Positions 61,974 to 64,000 of a stretch of 64,000 bases of DNA are shown here, piece after piece; position 1 is the stretch's first letter, and each line of letters opens with the position of its first letter. The position numbers were made by a program, and so were the translations under genes. The notes below the pieces were generated by a model, which ran no database searches, was not told where the DNA came from, and was given only the letters and a program-made list of their open reading frames with translations. Origin of the DNA: Escherichia coli (GTDB lineage: Bacteria > Pseudomonadota > Gammaproteobacteria > Enterobacterales > Enterobacteriaceae); NCBI RefSeq assembly GCF_024502345.1, contig NZ_JALDNN010000001.1. One strand, given 5' to 3'.

Positions 61974-63338
61974 ATGATTAGTGCATTCGATATTTTCAAA
62001 ATTGGGATTGGTCCCTCCAGTTCGCATACCGTGGGGCCAATGAATGCCGGAAAAAGTTTTATTGATCGGCTGGAAAGTAGCGGCTTATTAACCGCGACGA
62101 GCCATATTGTGGTCGATCTGTATGGGTCGTTGTCACTGACGGGCAAAGGCCATGCCACGGATGTCGCCATTATCATGGGACTGGCAGGAAACAGTCCGCA
62201 GGATGTTGTCATTGATGAGATCCCTGCATTTATAGAGTTAGTAACGCGCAGCGGGCGGCTGCCAGTGGCATCTGGTGCGCATATTGTTGATTTTCCTGTA
62301 GCAAAGAACATTATCTTCCATCCCGAAATGTTGCCTCGCCATGAGAACGGAATGCGGATCACTGCCTGGAAGGGACAGGAAGCGCTATTAAGTAAAACCT
62401 ATTACTCTGTCGGCGGCGGGTTTATTGTCGAAGAAGAACACTTCGGCCTGTCGCACGATGTCGAAACGTCCGTACCTTACGATTTCCACTCAGCAGGTGA
62501 ACTGCTGAAAATGTGTGATTACAACGGCCTGTCTATTTCTGGCCTGATGATGCACAACGAGCTAGCGCTGCGCAGTAAAGCGGAAATTGACGCCGGTTTT
62601 GTCCGTATCTGGCAAGTGATGCATGACGGTATTGAACGCGGGATGAACACTGAAGGCGTGCTGCCTGGTCCGCTCAATGTGCCGCGTCGTGCCGTAGCGC
62701 TGCGTCGTCAGCTGGTTTCCAGCGATAACATCTCTAACGATCCGATGAATGTCATCGACTGGATCAACATGTACGCGCTGGCGGTTAGTGAAGAAAACGC
62801 AGCTGGCGGGCGCGTGGTAACGGCACCGACTAACGGTGCGTGCGGCATTATTCCAGCAGTGCTGGCTTATTACGATAAGTTCCGTCGTCCGGTAAACGAG
62901 CGGTCAATTGCCCGCTATTTTCTGGCAGCGGGGGCTATTGGCGCGTTGTATAAAATGAACGCCTCCATCTCTGGCGCGGAGGTCGGCTGTCAGGGGGAGA
63001 TTGGCGTGGCCTGTTCAATGGCGGCGGCAGGGTTAACTGAACTACTGGGCGGCAGTCCGGCGCAGGTATGCAATGCGGCGGAAATCGCGATGGAGCATAA
63101 CCTTGGGCTGACCTGCGATCCGGTTGCCGGACAGGTACAAATCCCGTGCATTGAACGTAATGCCATTAATGCCGTGAAAGCAGTAAACGCCGCGCGGATG
63201 GCGATGCGCCGCACCTCGGCACCGCGTGTTTCACTCGATAAAGTGATCGAGACGATGTATGAAACCGGCAAAGATATGAACGATAAATACCGCGAAACAT
63301 CACGCGGAGGACTGGCCATTAAAGTGGTCTGCGGCTGA
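61974..63338 (+). CDS. tdcG: L-serine dehydratase (Fe-S)
   Basis: ORF recognised as TdcG/SdaA family; start at [11 protein letters not shown] (454 aa). Confidence 0.9.
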   Translation: MISAFDIFKIGIGPSSSHTVGPMNAGKSFIDRLESSGLLTATSHIVVDLYGSLSLTGKGHATDVAIIMGLAGNSPQDVVIDEIPAFIELVTRSGRLPVASGAHIVDFPVAKNIIFHPEMLPRHENGMRITAWKGQEALLSKTYYSVGGGFIVEEEHFGLSHDVETSVPYDFHSAGELLKMCDYNGLSISGLMMHNELALRSKAEIDAGFVRIWQVMHDGIERGMNTEGVLPGPLNVPRRAVALRRQLVSSDNISNDPMNVIDWINMYALAVSEENAAGGRVVTAPTNGACGIIPAVLAYYDKFRRPVNERSIARYFLAAGAIGALYKMNASISGAEVGCQGEIGVACSMAAAGLTELLGGSPAQVCNAAEIAMEHNLGLTCDPVAGQVQIPCIERNAINAVKAVNAARMAMRRTSAPRVSLDKVIETMYETGKDMNDKYRETSRGGLAIKVVCG

Positions 63339-63362
63339 CATTGCTGTCAGCTTTCATCCTTG

Positions 63363-63388
63363 GGTGCACAAATGTGCACCTTTTTTTT
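63363..63388 (+). terminator. tdc operon rho-independent terminator
   Basis: ggtgcacaaatgtgcacc hairpin followed by TTTTTTTT. Confidence 0.7.
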
Positions 63389-63612
63389 GTGATCTGCCGC
63401 AAATAGAGAATGAATATTCTCTTGCGATTAATTTAGTAGAAAATTCTTATCCATCTCCGTTATTTCAAAGTCTTGATTGTGAAGATTTTCTCTGACCTCG
63501 CGCGTATCATTTCTTTATTCTAATAACTCGCCTGCAAAAACGTAGACCGCATATCGCCTTGATGCGGCTCGGAAAAAAATAATAAGCCCTACAAAATATT
63601 GAGCGAGAAATT

Positions 63613-64000
63613 ATGGAAATTGCATCGAATAAAGGCGTCATTGCAGACGCTTCGACCCCGGCGGGTCGTGCTGGAATGAGTGAGAGCGAGTGGCGAGAAG
63701 CGATCAAATTCGACAGTACTGACACCGGCTGGGTGATTATGAGTATCGGGATGGCGATTGGCGCGGGGATTGTTTTTCTCCCGGTGCAGGTCGGTTTGAT
63801 GGGATTGTGGGTATTTTTGCTCTCATCGGTGATTGGTTACCCGGCAATGTATCTGTTTCAGCGGTTGTTTATTAATACGCTGGCAGAATCACCAGAATGT
63901 AAAGATTACCCGAGTGTCATTAGCGGTTATTTAGGTAAAAACTGGGGCATCCTGTTAGGTGCGCTCTATTTCGTAATGCTGGTGATTTGGATGTTCGTCT
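63613..64000 (+). CDS. yhaO: putative serine/amino acid transporter (TdcC paralogue), N-terminal part only
   Basis: ORF MEIASNKGVIADASTPAGRAGMSESEWREAIKFDSTDTGWVIMSIGMAIG... runs off window end. Confidence 0.8.
   Translation, partial: MEIASNKGVIADASTPAGRAGMSESEWREAIKFDSTDTGWVIMSIGMAIGAGIVFLPVQVGLMGLWVFLLSSVIGYPAMYLFQRLFINTLAESPECKDYPSVISGYLGKNWGILLGALYFVMLVIWMFV

Overview
This window is a contiguous stretch of an Escherichia coli chromosome, syntenic with the K-12 ~70-71 min region but in reverse-complement orientation. Gene order: partial XRE-HTH gene | argG | metY tRNA | rimP-nusA-infB-rbfA-truB | rpsO-pnp | nlpI | deaD | mtr | yhbW | ubiV-ubiU / ubiT | yhbS, yhbQ, yhbP, yhbO | yraR, yraQ | dolP-diaA-yraN-lpoA | rsmI | yraKJIH cryptic chaperone-usher fimbriae | agaI-agaDCB-kbaY-agaS-agaA, agaF'/agaW' remnants, agaV-kbaZ | agaR | prlF-yhaV toxin-antitoxin | garD / garPLRK | rnpB | yhaC-yhaB | IS903-like insertion | tdcR / tdcABCDEFG | yhaO (partial). 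Gene identities come from reading the translated ORFs against my memory of E. coli K-12 proteins; no database search was run, and all K-12/E. coli B/E. coli C comparisons are from memory. No CRISPR array, rRNA or prophage was seen. I did not find a convincing new multi-gene system: almost every ORF maps to a known E. coli gene. The most noteworthy things are strain-specific: (1) an intact 1057-bp IS903-family element with 9-bp target duplication inserted in the 5' end of yhaB; (2) an XRE-family HTH gene at the left edge, where I expected the yhbX 3' end, with a thrice-repeated TAAAGTAAA motif in its promoter; (3) an aga-cluster deletion junction that leaves agaA intact, unlike the K-12 deletion as I remember it; (4) the AT-rich yhaC-yhaB islet next to tandem repeats of the rnpB 3' end; (5) a G46 (fMet1-type) metY. 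Long antisense ORFs in the six-frame track are treated as artefacts.
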